Notes: generated by a model from the sequence alone, not told the origin. A stretch of 64,000 bases of DNA from Nitrosomonas sp. (GCA_024281675.1 JAMXAG010000008.1:17737-81736); one strand, 5' to 3'; positions 43,776 through 55,701 are shown, counted from the first letter of the stretch. Numbers and translations: made by a program.

Positions 43776-46700
43776 ATGTGGCTAAAGTTTTCATTCAATT
43801 TTAAATCTCTCTTTTCTATTCTCCTGTATTACGTATTAGCTCTTCAGCTTTTTTTGCCCACTAATGGCTACTCAAAAACTCAGCCATCTGTGTTCAAAGC
43901 TATTGATACCGCACGCACTGCCATCGATCGCAGCAAGATGGAAGAAACTCAGCGGCAGATGGCTATTGATCATCTTGATGTCGCACGTGCGGATGTACAA
44001 GAAGCAGAAACACTGAAGGAGCGCTTAACCACTCTACGTGCTGAAACTATAGAACAACCGACACAGATGGATCGCCTGCGTAAGGCTCTGGCGACAAACC
44101 GTGAACAGGAGCTGCTCGAATGGTCCAAGCGCATACCTGCTGGCGCGGATGGTGAAACTCTTGAACGAATCTTGGAACAGGAACGCAGCATCATCACCGA
44201 TCTGCGCGCACAGATCGATACAATCGGTGTAGAAATAGCTCTGGCATTATCACGTCCGGCTCAGGCAACAGAAGAAATGACTACATTGCGCCAACGTATC
44301 GAAGAATTATTAGTACCCATCGTGGCTCAGAAAGATGAGCCTGTCGCGCTATTCGAAGCGCGGCGCCTGCGCCGCAGCAGCGAGCAACAGCGGTTACAAA
44401 CAACACTGGAGTTACGCCTTGCCGAGCAAGATACCGCCACACAGCGCCAACGTCTACATGAACTGAAATTACGCGAGCTGCGCTTTCGGCTAGAGCTACA
44501 TGAAAAAAAAGTGGAACATTTACAACAGCTCATTGCCAGCCGTGGCCGGCATGAACTGGAATCATTGGTCGAGCAATTGATCAAACGAGAACAAGAGTTG
44601 GTAGGTGGCATCCCCATTCTGGCATCCGCCGCCACAGCGAATCGTGCAATTGGTGAAGAACTCATACAACAAAATGAGCTTTTGGCGCGAGATCGCAACG
44701 CTCTAGCCAGCTTCGACCAAGCTCGCGAGCACATTGAAGTAACTTTGCGTGATAGCCGAACCCGACTTGATATAGGTGGAGCCAGCGAACGTATCGGTCG
44801 CTGGTTGTGGAGTGAACGGCGCCGACTGGAATCGTCAGAAAGACTCGAGCTTCTCCTGAAACAAATCCGCAATAACCTGGCTGATTTACGGCTGGAGCGA
44901 GTAGTGCTAAGCGAACGGCAACGAAAGCTGCTCGATATCAGCGCTGCCGCTCGTACGCTGACCGAAGCGCACCCGGCGGCAAACAACGAGGGATACATCG
45001 ATGATAAAGCCCAAAAGCTACTGTTCCCTCTGTTGCAAAAACGCACAGATCTGTTAATCCTGCTGGAACCTTTGCTTCAGCGGCGTATTTCGACACTGGA
45101 AAAGAGTGAACAGGCTCTACAAAAGCAGATCCAAACTACCCAGGAGCTGCAGCAGATGCTCGATCGCCATCTGTTATGGATTCGCAGTCACAGCATCATC
45201 AATTGGGACTGGTTACAAAAAATGCCAGAAGGATTATTCGATTTGATCAAGCCTTCACGTTTCACTACCACGATGGAGCTGAACTTTAGTAACTTCCTTC
45301 AGCAACCCATACCCTGGGTAGGTAGTTTACTACTAGTATTGGTCTTATTAGAAGTCCGGCGTCGCGCTCCAATCCGTATCGAAGCTCTGGCAATGGATAC
45401 CTATCAGATTCATAAAGACAGTTATCAAGCAACCCTCAAAACACTAGGATGGACCTTGCTGGCTTCTCTGCCAGGGCCAATCGCATTGGCTTTGTTAGGG
45501 CAACTGCTACAAAGTGTCGGCAATCTCGGGCGATTCAGTTATTCCCTAGGCCAAGCCTGCATGCTACTAGTATTTCCCCTACTGGCCGTACAACTGCTGC
45601 GCTGGACTAGTATCGAGCGTGGACTTGGTCACGCTCATTTTCGCTGGACTCGACAACGTTGCGCCGCATTACGCCAATGGTTACCAGGAATCGCTGCTGT
45701 CGTACTGCCGCTATACTTTATCAGTTCGATGGCATTTATTCGAAGGATTGACTCGGCCATCGACGTGCAAGCGCGTTTGGCTATCGTACTAAGTTGTGTG
45801 GTTCTTGCATGGGCTCTCTGGCGCCTTCTGGATGTGGGCCGTCTCTGGGTCATTAGAGGTGTGGTCAGCGAACCATCGACTCAGCGCAAGCTGTTGCGTT
45901 TGCTACTACCTGCATCGCTACTGGCCAGTTTTAACATAATTGTTGTGGTTGCCATTCTACTGGGGTTGCTTGCACGCTGGTTTCTTCTCGGAGAGCGGCG
46001 TCTGGCACTACGCCGATTCGAGGAACGTCGCTCGGCAGCAGCTGAGACTACTAAAGAATCCGGCGAAGTAACGCCGGAACCGGAAGAAATCATTACTCTG
46101 GAACAGGTCAACACTCAGACCCGGCGATTATTACGGGTGCTGCGTCGAAGCTTGTTGGTGCTCGGCCTGATCTGGGTCTGGGCTGACATACTGCCAGCCA
46201 TTGCACGTCTGGACGAGATTGGACTATGGAACTTCAGCGAGATTGGACCCGATGGTGCAATGACACAGCAACCCGTCACGCTGATGGCAGTGTTGCTGGG
46301 TATCTTTGTACTGGCCCTGACCACGGCAGGTGCCAGAAACTTGCCAGGATTGATCGAGATCAGCCTGTTGTCACATATCCGTATTGACGCAGCCTCACGT
46401 TATGCCATCACCAGCGTATTTCGCTACGTCATCGTAATTTGGCGGTACACTGGCGGGATTGAGCCTTCTGGGTATGCGCTGGTCGCAACTACAATGGATG
46501 GCTGCAGCTTTGACGGTTGGGCTTGGATTTGGTTTGCAAGAAATTTTTGCCAACTTTGTATCCGGGATCATCCTACTGTTTGAACGACCGTTTCGAGTTG
46601 GGGATGTAATCACAATCGGCGATTTTTCCGGTCGGATCATTCGTATCCGTACTCGTGCTACCACCGTTCTTGATTTCGATAACAAGGAAATCATGATACC

Positions 46701-47121
46701 CAATAAAACTTTCATTACTGGCCATCTGATTAATTGGACATTGACCGATACGATCACTCGCGTTGCCATCCGGGTGGGAGTTGCATACGGCACTGATACA
46801 AACAAAGTACGTGCATTGCTATTGCAGATTGCCAGGGAAGATGAACGGGTACTGGCGGAACCAGAACCATCGTGCTGGTTCCTGACTTTCGGTGCAAGTT
46901 CTCTTGATTTTGAGCTTCGTGTATTCGTAAACACAGTCAATCACAGGATGGAAGTTCAAAGCGCGCTCAACACAAGAATCGCAACATTATTCCCTGAACA
47001 CAACATCGAGATCGCCTTTCCACAACTCGATTTGCATGTGCGCGATCTGCCACCAGAGTTGTTACGCAGTCAAATGACCTATGCAATAAATGAAAAAATA
47101 AAGACAGATCAATCAGCTTGA
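43776..47121 (+). pseudogene. MscK/MscS-family mechanosensitive channel, frameshifted at ~46438-46440
   Basis: Coiled-coil N-terminus and TM region in ORF 43776-46583; MscS core (GLGFGLQEIFANFVSG, FRVGD, IPNK, IAFPQ) in the +1 frame. Removing one T in attt|ggc restores VIVIGGTLAGLSLLG. Confidence 0.85.
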
Positions 47122-47294
47122 CGACGCTGAATATGCTGCCTACCAAAGAAGATCCCTATAATTAGACAAATTCACTTCCTCGACTGAGTAATTATAAAAC
47201 AAGTAAGATTAGTTTCCAGTTACAAGATTTGCCCGTTCTGGTGAGCCTTAAAGGATGAAAACCAGGATTTTGCAATAACTGATATTCTGAAAAT

Positions 47295-47654
47295 TTAGGT
47301 GGGTTGTTTTATCAGGGATTCAGCCGGAATACCCAGTTCCTGGTGTAGTTTCTGGATCATTCTTAGCGTTAATGAGCGTCTGCGATTGAGTACTTCATAA
47401 ACGCGATTGCTTTTTCCAATCATCGGCTCAAGGTCTTTGACTGTTAAACCTTTCTGTTCCATCTCAAATTTAATGGCTTCGACAGGATCAGGGAGATCAA
47501 GCAGAAAATGTTTGCACTCATAGGCTTCAATCAGTGTTGCCAGAATATCCAGCTTTTCACCTTCTGGTGTATTTGGCTCGGCCGTCATGAGTGATTCCAC
47601 TTCTTTCAGCACAGCATGATAATCAGCATCGGTTTTGATGGGTTTGATGTTCAT
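47295..47654 (-). CDS. higA: HigA antitoxin (HTH)
   Basis: MNIKPIKTDADY...PNTPEGEKLDIL...LPDPVEAIKF...NRVYEVLNRRRSLT. Confidence 0.92.
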   Translation of the reverse strand: MNIKPIKTDADYHAVLKEVESLMTAEPNTPEGEKLDILATLIEAYECKHFLLDLPDPVEAIKFEMEQKGLTVKDLEPMIGKSNRVYEVLNRRRSLTLRMIQKLHQELGIPAESLIKQPT

Positions 47655-47672
47655 ATAAGTCCGTTCCTGGTG

Positions 47673-47973
47673 CTAGCGTTTGTGCATCGATCCGGTCATA
47701 TTGGTCATGTGTGCCGATAAAACGGATATAAACAATACTGTAAGCGTAGTTTATCCATACCATTAGCCGATATTTATTGCCGGCAAATTGAATACGACGC
47801 TGCCGTCTTTGAGAATACTGGCACTTTTGAAATCCGCTTTTACCTCTGCCGGTGTTGTCCAGTTGGCTTTTAATGCATGCCGAGGTACCAAACAAGCGCC
47901 GGTTGAATTGCATCGGTATAAGACGAGTATCTTCCCAGAATGCTTTCAGGGTCGACAGGGCAATAATTCTCAT
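47673..47973 (-). pseudogene. higB: HigB toxin with three frameshifts and an out-of-frame native stop
   Basis: MRIIALSTLKAFWE / SYTDAIQPALVWY / RHALKANWTTPAEVKADFKSASILKDGSVVFN / AGNKYRLMVWINY fall in three successive frames. Confidence 0.8.
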
Positions 47974-48019
47974 GGGTGAAACAATAGTCCCGTTATGGGG
48001 CTCTGGCAATTATTTTGAT

Positions 48020-48339
48020 TAAATAATTCCTTACCAGGCATGCTCAAAAATGCGATTGACTGGCTATCTCGGCCACCAAGCAGTATTGCACGAACTTTCG
48101 GTGATCGTCCAGTTGCACTGATGGGAGCATCGCCCGGCGGATTTGGCACAGTCCTGTCTCAGAATGCCTGGCTCCCTGTGCTGCGGGCATTAGGCATGCG
48201 TCCATGGTTCGGTGGACGGTTGCTCATATCACGAGCACATCACGTCTTCAATGAATCGGGAGAAATGGTAGATGAGGCAGCACGTGAGCAGCTCCGAAGT
48301 TTTCTTGCCGGGTTCACCGAGTTCATCCAAACTAAGTAG
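48020..48339 (+). pseudogene. NADPH-dependent FMN reductase, C-terminal fragment
   Basis: NNSLPGMLKNAIDWLSRP...PVALMGASPGGFG; N-terminal half absent. Confidence 0.75.
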
Positions 48340-48391
48340 CAGCCGCGCTGGAGATTGAGTGTTGCCTAGAACCATTTGGCTATGTACTTGC

Positions 48392-50059
48392 TCAGCGTAA
48401 CGGGCGCCCGAAGCGGGATGCCTGCAGGGTGACATCTGCACGCTCCCAGGCTTTTTTGAAGCGCGCTTCGATAAGCCTTGCCTGATCATCCTTTTTTTGC
48501 GCGCTCAATGCCTGTATCAGTCCGTAGAGCGCCCAACCATTGTTACGATTTCGCCGCAAGTCTTCCCAGTAAACGGTTTCCGCTTCAGTTGGCTGACCTG
48601 CTTCCAGCAAGATAGCGCCCAGTGCCAAGCGTGGCGGGAGATGAAATTCTGATGGCTCTGTATATACCAGGGCATCCTCTAGGCGAACCGCTTTTTCAAG
48701 GTATGCAATAGCCTGATCGAATTGACCGTGAGCAGCGGCAATTTCACCTGCCAGTACTTCAGGTGCGATACTGAGTATGGTGCTGGTGGTATTTTTAGAC
48801 AACAGCGGATTGTCTAGTAACGGGTTTTTCATGATCTTGCGCAGTGCTATTAACTCCTGCTCAGCTTGTAGCGGTTGCCTCATCGCAACAAATGCTAGAC
48901 CGCGCACATAATGCCAGCTCCCGGTCAAAAATGGATTGGTTGACGGTGGCGCAGGTTGTTCAAGAATTTCTTGCCAATGTCCAAATCTGGCTAATGCCCA
49001 ATAAGGTGCCACGCGAAAAATTGCCGTCAATGGAATCGCTTTTAGCACCTCATCGTCAATTTTGCCAGCAGCTTGTTTGGCAGATTCGATCGCAATCTTG
49101 CTTTGACCATCCATTGTAGCTGCGAACCAGAGAAAGTGAATGTTGTGCGGATAATAGACCATCGGGTATAACCCTTGGGCATGGCATTGTGTAATGTAAT
49201 TTTCGTCTGCCGTGATTGCCAATTGATTGCTTTTCATGGAATCGGCGTAGCGTCCGATCCGCTGATAAATATGCGATGCCATGTGTATTATGTGCCCTGC
49301 CTCCGGCATTAAGTTCAGCAAGGTATCGGCTGCCTTCTCTGCACGCTCAGGTGTACTGGTCGGCTCAATCAGGTGAATATACATGTGCAGCGCGCCAGGA
49401 TGTTGCGGATTGCGCTGTAATACATCTTCAGTAAGCGCGACGATTTCGGCTGTGCCTTCATACGGAGTACCGTCGAGCATCCAGTAGCCCCAAGGTCGCA
49501 AATCCATCATGGACTCGACATACAGCACCGCGATATCCGCATCATCCGGAAAACGCTGATGCACCTCTCGCATTGCCTCCGCGTAAGCCTTATCATTCGT
49601 TGTTCTGTGTTCGGTTTTTCCTGAATAGCGCTTTTCCAGTGCGCTGATGAGTGCTTGTTCCTTTGGCGAAGCATTCATCATCAGTGACTTGGCTTGCTGC
49701 ATAATTTCCAAAGCCTGCGGCTCTTCGTTCGGCTCCATCATGGCGTTGATATTAGGACCGAGTACGAGTGCCTGACCCCAGTAAGCCATCGCAAGTCCGG
49801 GGTCAAGCCTTGCCGCCTCACGAAATGCGCGGCGCGCCTCAGCATGATTGAATGCATACGCTAGATTGAGGCCCTGGTTGATATATTGCTGTGCCAGTGG
49901 ATTGCGTGTACTGACTGGAAATGTGTGCGTACCCAGATTTTGCAGTCTAGGTATAAGCTGGCCGTCTGGTTCAGTTGCTGCAAATGATTCAAAAGTACTT
50001 GCGACAACCAGAGTCAGAGCTAGTATTGCAAGGCGAAAAGTATGGGGTTGCATAATCAT
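48392..50059 (-). CDS. Secreted TPR-like helical protein with His-rich motifs
   Basis: Signal peptide; QGLNLAYAFNHAEARRAF, HPGALHMYIH, HMASHIY, YPHNIHFL. Confidence 0.75.
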   Translation of the reverse strand: MIMQPHTFRLAILALTLVVASTFESFAATEPDGQLIPRLQNLGTHTFPVSTRNPLAQQYINQGLNLAYAFNHAEARRAFREAARLDPGLAMAYWGQALVLGPNINAMMEPNEEPQALEIMQQAKSLMMNASPKEQALISALEKRYSGKTEHRTTNDKAYAEAMREVHQRFPDDADIAVLYVESMMDLRPWGYWMLDGTPYEGTAEIVALTEDVLQRNPQHPGALHMYIHLIEPTSTPERAEKAADTLLNLMPEAGHIIHMASHIYQRIGRYADSMKSNQLAITADENYITQCHAQGLYPMVYYPHNIHFLWFAATMDGQSKIAIESAKQAAGKIDDEVLKAIPLTAIFRVAPYWALARFGHWQEILEQPAPPSTNPFLTGSWHYVRGLAFVAMRQPLQAEQELIALRKIMKNPLLDNPLLSKNTTSTILSIAPEVLAGEIAAAHGQFDQAIAYLEKAVRLEDALVYTEPSEFHLPPRLALGAILLEAGQPTEAETVYWEDLRRNRNNGWALYGLIQALSAQKKDDQARLIEARFKKAWERADVTLQASRFGRPLR

Positions 50060-50108
50060 TACTCCCTTGATGAAAAATATTTTTCATGAGCGGCAAAATT
50101 TTTGCATG

Positions 50109-50381
50109 CTATTCAGCCGTAGTTGGATCAATCACGGACCTGATTTGAGAAACACGATTGGCGGGAAACTCGCCTTGTTCAGCATGCGCTCTAACGGTGG
50201 CCTCATCGGGGGCAATGTAGACGCAATAGACTTTATCGTCAGTCACATAACTTTCCAGCCACTGGATTCGTGGCCCCATACTGTTTAAGATACCGCATGA
50301 TTTCTGCGAAATGGCTTTTAGCTCTTGTTGTGTCAGTGAACCTGCTCCAGGAATTTCGCGTTCAATAATATATTTTGGCAT
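50109..50381 (-). CDS. DUF4242 family protein
   Basis: MPKYIIEREIPG...WLESYVTDDKVYCVYIAPDEATVRAHA...FPANRVS. Confidence 0.85.
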   Translation of the reverse strand: MPKYIIEREIPGAGSLTQQELKAISQKSCGILNSMGPRIQWLESYVTDDKVYCVYIAPDEATVRAHAEQGEFPANRVSQIRSVIDPTTAE

Positions 50382-50410
50382 TTTTATCCCCTCTAAAATT
50401 GAATTAATAA

Positions 50411-50426
50411 TATGACCGGTCGTCTA
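50411..50426. promoter_or_regulatory. Putative TetR operator upstream of the DUF4242 gene
   Basis: tatgaccggtcgtcta, 13/16 identical to the site upstream of tetR. Confidence 0.55.
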
Positions 50427-50445
50427 TTTATTCGATAAAAAATAA

Positions 50446-51048
50446 TCAAACCTTAAAATAATCTTCCAGCAAATCCTGACAACATTGCTTAACCGGCGCA
50501 GATGATTTCTCTATTTGCATTCGCAGTAAAGCTCCTTGCCAGGCATTGATCAGCAAATCAGCCATTGCTTCGGATGATTTGTCTGACCTGACTGTTCCTT
50601 GCTGTTGCGCTTTGGCCAATCCGGACTGCAATAAATCTCGATAGCGTCTGACGGCCGATTGCAGGGATTGCTGACAAACATCATTGGTGCTGCCGATTTC
50701 TCCCATAAGATTACCCAGCAGGCAACCGCCTTTAAATTGGTTATTTTCGAGTTCCACAATTAGCTCGTCAAAATATCGCCTGATTGCGTTTAGCGCGTCC
50801 GTGTCGGCTTTGCTCAGATGTGTGGATAACCTCACAATAAAAGGATCAATATAGTGCTGAATGACCTCAGCACCAAAATCCTCTTTGCTGTCGAAATAAT
50901 TATAGAAAGAACCCTTTGGAACGCTCACCGCATCGAGAATTTCCTGCAACCCGGTACCGTGATAACCTTGCTCAATAAATAAAGCGACGCCTTGGTTTAA
51001 CAGGTTTTCTCTATTGAGTTCTTTTTGGATCGATTTAGCCATACTCAT
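50446..51048 (-). CDS. TetR-family regulator (NemR/AcuR-like)
   Basis: GYHGTGLQEILDAVSVPKGSFYNYFDSKE; GGCLLGNL. Confidence 0.92.
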   Translation of the reverse strand: MSMAKSIQKELNRENLLNQGVALFIEQGYHGTGLQEILDAVSVPKGSFYNYFDSKEDFGAEVIQHYIDPFIVRLSTHLSKADTDALNAIRRYFDELIVELENNQFKGGCLLGNLMGEIGSTNDVCQQSLQSAVRRYRDLLQSGLAKAQQQGTVRSDKSSEAMADLLINAWQGALLRMQIEKSSAPVKQCCQDLLEDYFKV

Positions 51049-51052
51049 ACAA

Positions 51053-51068
51053 TACGACCGGTTGTCTT
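51053..51068. promoter_or_regulatory. Putative TetR autoregulatory operator
   Basis: tacgaccggttgtctt immediately upstream of the tetR start. Confidence 0.55.
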
Positions 51069-51139
51069 AATTGTCAAATAAAATTTTTCTAAACGCTTTC
51101 GCGGCAAGATGTCAATTGATGCATTTAGGGTTTCCGCAA

Positions 51140-51389
51140 CACGCCTGATGAGAAGGAGAGATTCCTCGCAGTAAACCCGGCAATGGTTGATATCTTCGAG
51201 GCGGAATCTATCGAGCAACTTCTCGCTCATCCCTTCAGTGAATTGTATTGTGACCCCGCTGAACGCAATATTTTTATTGATAAAGTTAAAAGCCAGGGTC
51301 ATGTCAATGGTGGAGAGGTGCGGTTAAAGACGTTGCGGGGACGCGAATTTGATGCTGCGTTAACTGCTGTTGCATGGAACCTAAATTGA
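51140..51389 (+). pseudogene. Isolated PAS-domain fragment
   Basis: RFLAVNPAMVDIFEA...ELYCDPAERNIFIDKVKSQGHVNGGEVRLK; no output domain. Confidence 0.5.
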
Positions 51390-51755
51390 ACATATTGCTT
51401 AGACCTTTTTGACTGGTGGATGCCCAATCCAGCTTACTGATTGGCAATTGATTTAAACGTTAAACCAATAATGAATCAGTTTCAAGCACTATATCAGTAG
51501 GGCAGACAAGAAGAAAATTGCATTTAATCGTTCCTGAAAGCTTTTTTCAACGGAAAAACCATATTATGCAAGCGCTTCATACTTAATATTTATAAAATTT
51601 CATCATTTAGAATAATTCATTTTTTTCTAAAGTATCCAGTTACTATAATGGATTGGATTTTTACAGTTTGAAAACTATTTCATTCTGGATACCTATATTT
51701 TTAGGTGAAAAAGTGTTGAAGTGCGATAACGCTTGTTCTATAAGGATTACAAGTT

Positions 51756-54104
51756 ATGACTTACGAACATCACAAGGATATACAGCATAAACACGATCAT
51801 CACACGAATCACCCTGATATAGCGACCGATCCTGTCTGCGGCATGCATGTCGATACGTCTACAGAAAAATACTGTGCAGAACATGATCATCAAGTTTACT
51901 ATTTCTGCTCTGCCCATTGTCACGGCAAATTCGTAGCTGCACCCGGAACCTATTCAACCAGCAAGCTCCAAACCGGAGAATCTACACCCAGCGCTATCTA
52001 TACCTGCCCCATGCACCCGGAAGTCCGGCAAACCGGGCCGGGAAACTGTCCGATTTGCGGCATGGCATTAGAACCGGCGGAAGTATCACTCAGTACTGGA
52101 CCGAGTGCGGAACTCACGGACATGAGCCGCCGCTTCGGGATTGGCCTCATATTGACCGCACCCGTTTTTATCCTGGAAATGGGCGGTCATCTGATCGGGC
52201 TGGCACATTTACTATCTCCCCAAACTTCCAATTGGCTGCAACTGCTGCTGGCAACACCAGTCGTGTGGTGGTCAGGATGGCCGTTTTTTGTACGCGGCTG
52301 GCAATCGATAACAAACCGCGCGCTGAACATGTTCACGCTCATTGCGATGGGTACCGGTGTGGCATGGATCTATAGCATCATTGCCACCGTTGCGCCTGAT
52401 CTCTTTCCCGATGCTTTTCGCAGCAGTGATGGATCGGTCGCAGTTTATTTCGAGGCTACGGCGGTTATCACCGTGCTGGTGTTATTGGGCCAAGTGCTCG
52501 AATTGCGAGCGCGCGAACGTACCTCTGGTGCGATTAAAGCCTTGCTCAATTTGTCACCCACGACGGCCCGTCGTCTTGGCGACGACGATGCAGAAGAAGA
52601 GATCAATCTGAATCAGGTAATGGTGGGTAATCGCCTACGGGTACGTCCCGGCGACCAGATACCGGTCGATGGCAAAGTGATCGAAGGCGGTTCGAATGTC
52701 GATGAATCGATGGTAACCGGTGAATCCATGCCGGTTCGCAAGCAATCCGGCGATAAGGTGATCGGCGGTACCATCAATGGTCAGGGCAGTTTTGTGATGC
52801 GCGCGGAAAAAGTTGGGCGTGATACGATGTTGGCGCAGATTGTTCGCATGGTATCGGATGCGCAGCGCTCGCGCGCACCAATTCAGCGCTTGGCAGACAT
52901 CGTTGCTGGCTGGTTCGTTCCGGCAGTCATTCTGATCGCCATACTTGCTTTTTCCGCCTGGGCGGTCTGGGGCCCGCCGCCAGCCATGAGTTATGCCTTG
53001 ATCGTAGCCGTCAGCGTGCTAATCATCGCTTGTCCGTGCGCATTGGGTCTGGCGACACCAATGTCAATCATGGTCGGCATCGGACGGGGTGCGACCGAAG
53101 GCATTCTGATCAAAAATGCCGAAGCATTGGAACTCATGGAAAAGATCGACACTATCGTGATTGACAAGACGGGTACGCTGACCGAAGGTAAACCCAAAGT
53201 CACCGCAATTCGCGCTGCTGGCAATATCGACGAGAACGAGCTGCTGCATCTTGCGGCCAGCTTGGAGCAGGGAAGCGAACACCCTTTGGCTGCCGCTATC
53301 GTTGCCGCCGCCAAGGAACGATCAATTGTGCTGGCCAAGGCAACCGACTTTGACTCGCCGACTGGCAAAGGTGTGCTCGGCAATGTCAATAATCACCGGA
53401 TTGTCCTAGGTAATACCAAGTTTCTTGCAGAACTGAATATCGATACCCAGGTGTTGGAAACGCAAGCAGATGAACTGCGTCAGAATGGGGCGACAGTGAT
53501 CTTCGTGGCGGTCGATGGAGCGACTGCCGGTATTGTCGCTATCGCCGATCCGGTGAAGGAATCGACACCCGCTGCCATTGATGCTCTGCACGCCGATGGC
53601 ATCCGCATCGTTATGTTGACCGGGGACAACCGCATTACAGCTGAAGCAGTCGCTCGACAACTAGGCATCGACGAAGTGGAAGCGGAAGTGTTACCCGATC
53701 AGAAAGCGGCAATCGTAACGCGATTGCGCGAACAAGGGCGAGTGGTCGCAATGGCGGGTGATGGTGTCAACGATGCTCCGGCTTTGGCTACCGCCGATGT
53801 TGGCATTGCCATGGGCACAGGCACCGATGTTGCGATTGAAAGCGCGGGGGTAACCTTGCTGCGCGGCGATCTGCTGGGCATTGTCCGGGCACGGCGCCTG
53901 TCCGAAGCAACCATGCGTAACATCCGCCAAAATCTGTTCTTCGCCTTTATCTACAATGCAGCGGGCATACCGATCGCAGCCGGAGTACTGTATCCGTTCT
54001 TCGGCATTTTGCTGTCACCGATTTTTGCTGCGGCTGCGATGGCGCTATCTTCGGTCAGCGTGATCGGCAATGCATTACGGCTACGCACAACCAAGCTGGA
54101 GTAA
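51756..54104 (+). CDS. copA: Cu(I)/Ag(I)-translocating P1B ATPase with YHS and CPMHP domains
   Basis: DPVCGM...[45 protein letters not shown]. Confidence 0.9.
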   Translation: MTYEHHKDIQHKHDHHTNHPDIATDPVCGMHVDTSTEKYCAEHDHQVYYFCSAHCHGKFVAAPGTYSTSKLQTGESTPSAIYTCPMHPEVRQTGPGNCPICGMALEPAEVSLSTGPSAELTDMSRRFGIGLILTAPVFILEMGGHLIGLAHLLSPQTSNWLQLLLATPVVWWSGWPFFVRGWQSITNRALNMFTLIAMGTGVAWIYSIIATVAPDLFPDAFRSSDGSVAVYFEATAVITVLVLLGQVLELRARERTSGAIKALLNLSPTTARRLGDDDAEEEINLNQVMVGNRLRVRPGDQIPVDGKVIEGGSNVDESMVTGESMPVRKQSGDKVIGGTINGQGSFVMRAEKVGRDTMLAQIVRMVSDAQRSRAPIQRLADIVAGWFVPAVILIAILAFSAWAVWGPPPAMSYALIVAVSVLIIACPCALGLATPMSIMVGIGRGATEGILIKNAEALELMEKIDTIVIDKTGTLTEGKPKVTAIRAAGNIDENELLHLAASLEQGSEHPLAAAIVAAAKERSIVLAKATDFDSPTGKGVLGNVNNHRIVLGNTKFLAELNIDTQVLETQADELRQNGATVIFVAVDGATAGIVAIADPVKESTPAAIDALHADGIRIVMLTGDNRITAEAVARQLGIDEVEAEVLPDQKAAIVTRLREQGRVVAMAGDGVNDAPALATADVGIAMGTGTDVAIESAGVTLLRGDLLGIVRARRLSEATMRNIRQNLFFAFIYNAAGIPIAAGVLYPFFGILLSPIFAAAAMALSSVSVIGNALRLRTTKLE

Positions 54105-54220
54105 GTATGGAAAGTTTAAAACAGCGCTTCCGAATTTTTAATTTTATAAGCTATATAAAGGAGTACTATTTAATTTTGGCAAAGTTTTAGTTCACAACCC
54201 CATCAATCAGGAGGTGTAAC

Positions 54221-54823
54221 ATGGCAAAAATTCTTGTCTTGTATTACAGCATGTATGGTCATATCGAAATTATGGCCAACGCGGTAGCTGAAGGTGCACG
54301 CAGCGTCGAAAATGCCGAGGTTGCCGTTAAACGCGTCCCCGAACTCATGTCGGAAGAAGTGGCGCGAAAAGTCGGTGCCAAGCTTGACCAGCCAGCACCC
54401 ATTGCAACTGTTGATGAGCTGCCAAATTATGATGCCATTATCTTCGGTACGCCTACACGCTTTGGCAATATGTGCGCGCAAATGCGCAATTTTCTTGATC
54501 AAACAGGTCGATTATGGCTTAACGGTGGACTGATCGGCAAAGCAGGTAGCGTATTTACGTCTACCGGCACCCAGCACGGCGGCCAGGAAACCACGATAAC
54601 CTCGTTTCATACCACCTTGCTCCATCATGGCATGATCATCGTAGGTGTTCCCTATTCCTGCCAGGAGATCATGAACATGAGTGAAATTACCGGCGGCTCA
54701 CCGTATGGAGCAAGCACGCTGGCCGGTGGCGATGGCAAACGTCAACCGTCAGACAACGAAATAAAAATAGCACACTTTCAGGGCGCTCATGTCGCCAAAG
54801 TGGCCAACAAGCTATCCCACTGA
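54221..54823 (+). CDS. wrbA: NAD(P)H:quinone oxidoreductase WrbA
   Basis: [35 protein letters not shown]. Confidence 0.95.
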   Translation: MAKILVLYYSMYGHIEIMANAVAEGARSVENAEVAVKRVPELMSEEVARKVGAKLDQPAPIATVDELPNYDAIIFGTPTRFGNMCAQMRNFLDQTGRLWLNGGLIGKAGSVFTSTGTQHGGQETTITSFHTTLLHHGMIIVGVPYSCQEIMNMSEITGGSPYGASTLAGGDGKRQPSDNEIKIAHFQGAHVAKVANKLSH

Positions 54824-54882
54824 TGAGGTAGTACACTTAGCTAACAAACGCTCGCACTTTATATCAGCAGAGGTTTTTAATC

Positions 54883-55701
54883 ATGAGCCCGATATCACAA
54901 GCGCTTTCGCCCGTTTTGTTTTTACCGCACGGTGGTGGGCCATTACCGATTCTTGGTGATAAAGGGCATGACAAGATGGTTGCTTTTCTGCAGAAAATCA
55001 CAAGTGATCTGAGCGAGCCAGCAGCGATTTTAGTCATTAGCGCTCACTGGGAAGAGGAACAAGCAACAATAACCAGTAATAGCTCCCCCGGAATAATCTA
55101 TGATTATTATGGATTTCCTGCCGAGGCCTACCAAATTCAATATGCAGCGCCTGGCAATTCCGGATTGGCGCATGAAATTTGCACACAGTTAACAGCGAGC
55201 GGAGTGCCGGCAAGACTTGATGAACAACGGGGTTTTGATCATGGGTTATTTGTACCGCTCAAGCTGATGTTTCCACAAGCCCAGATTCCTTGTCTCCAGT
55301 TATCATTACTGAAAAACTTAAATCCTCGATTGCATATTGCACTTGGAAAAGCGATTGCATTTTTACGCGAGAGGAATATCCTGATTATCGGTTCAGGCAT
55401 GTCATTTCACAATTTGAAAACATTTTTTTCGAACGATATCGATAGCAGCAAAGAAAATGAGGGATTTGATCACTGGTTGATTGAAACTTGTACCGATCCG
55501 GAGATTCTATCTGCAGCGCGTGAACAGCGATTGATTGAGTGGGAAAAGGCACCGTTTGCCCGATTTTGTCATCCGAGAGAAGAACATTTATTGCCTTTGC
55601 ATGTTTGCTACGGTGTCGCCTGTGCCGACACCCCAGCTGCAAAGGTGGTATTTAATGAGGAGGTGATGGGGAAAAAAGTGACGAGCTTCCTGTGGCAGTA
55701 G
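54883..55701 (+). CDS. LigB/DODA-type extradiol ring-cleavage dioxygenase
   Basis: FLPHGGGP, VISAHWE, YDYYGFP, RGFDHG, GSGMSFHN, HPREEHLLPL. Confidence 0.88.
   Translation: MSPISQALSPVLFLPHGGGPLPILGDKGHDKMVAFLQKITSDLSEPAAILVISAHWEEEQATITSNSSPGIIYDYYGFPAEAYQIQYAAPGNSGLAHEICTQLTASGVPARLDEQRGFDHGLFVPLKLMFPQAQIPCLQLSLLKNLNPRLHIALGKAIAFLRERNILIIGSGMSFHNLKTFFSNDIDSSKENEGFDHWLIETCTDPEILSAAREQRLIEWEKAPFARFCHPREEHLLPLHVCYGVACADTPAAKVVFNEEVMGKKVTSFLWQ

Noticed and set aside
44327-45046. 239-aa minus-strand ORF
   Set aside because: Low-complexity antisense shadow of the MscK coiled-coil region
54175-54192. Sigma54 promoter upstream of wrbA
   Set aside because: TGGCA is present but the -12 GC dinucleotide is missing
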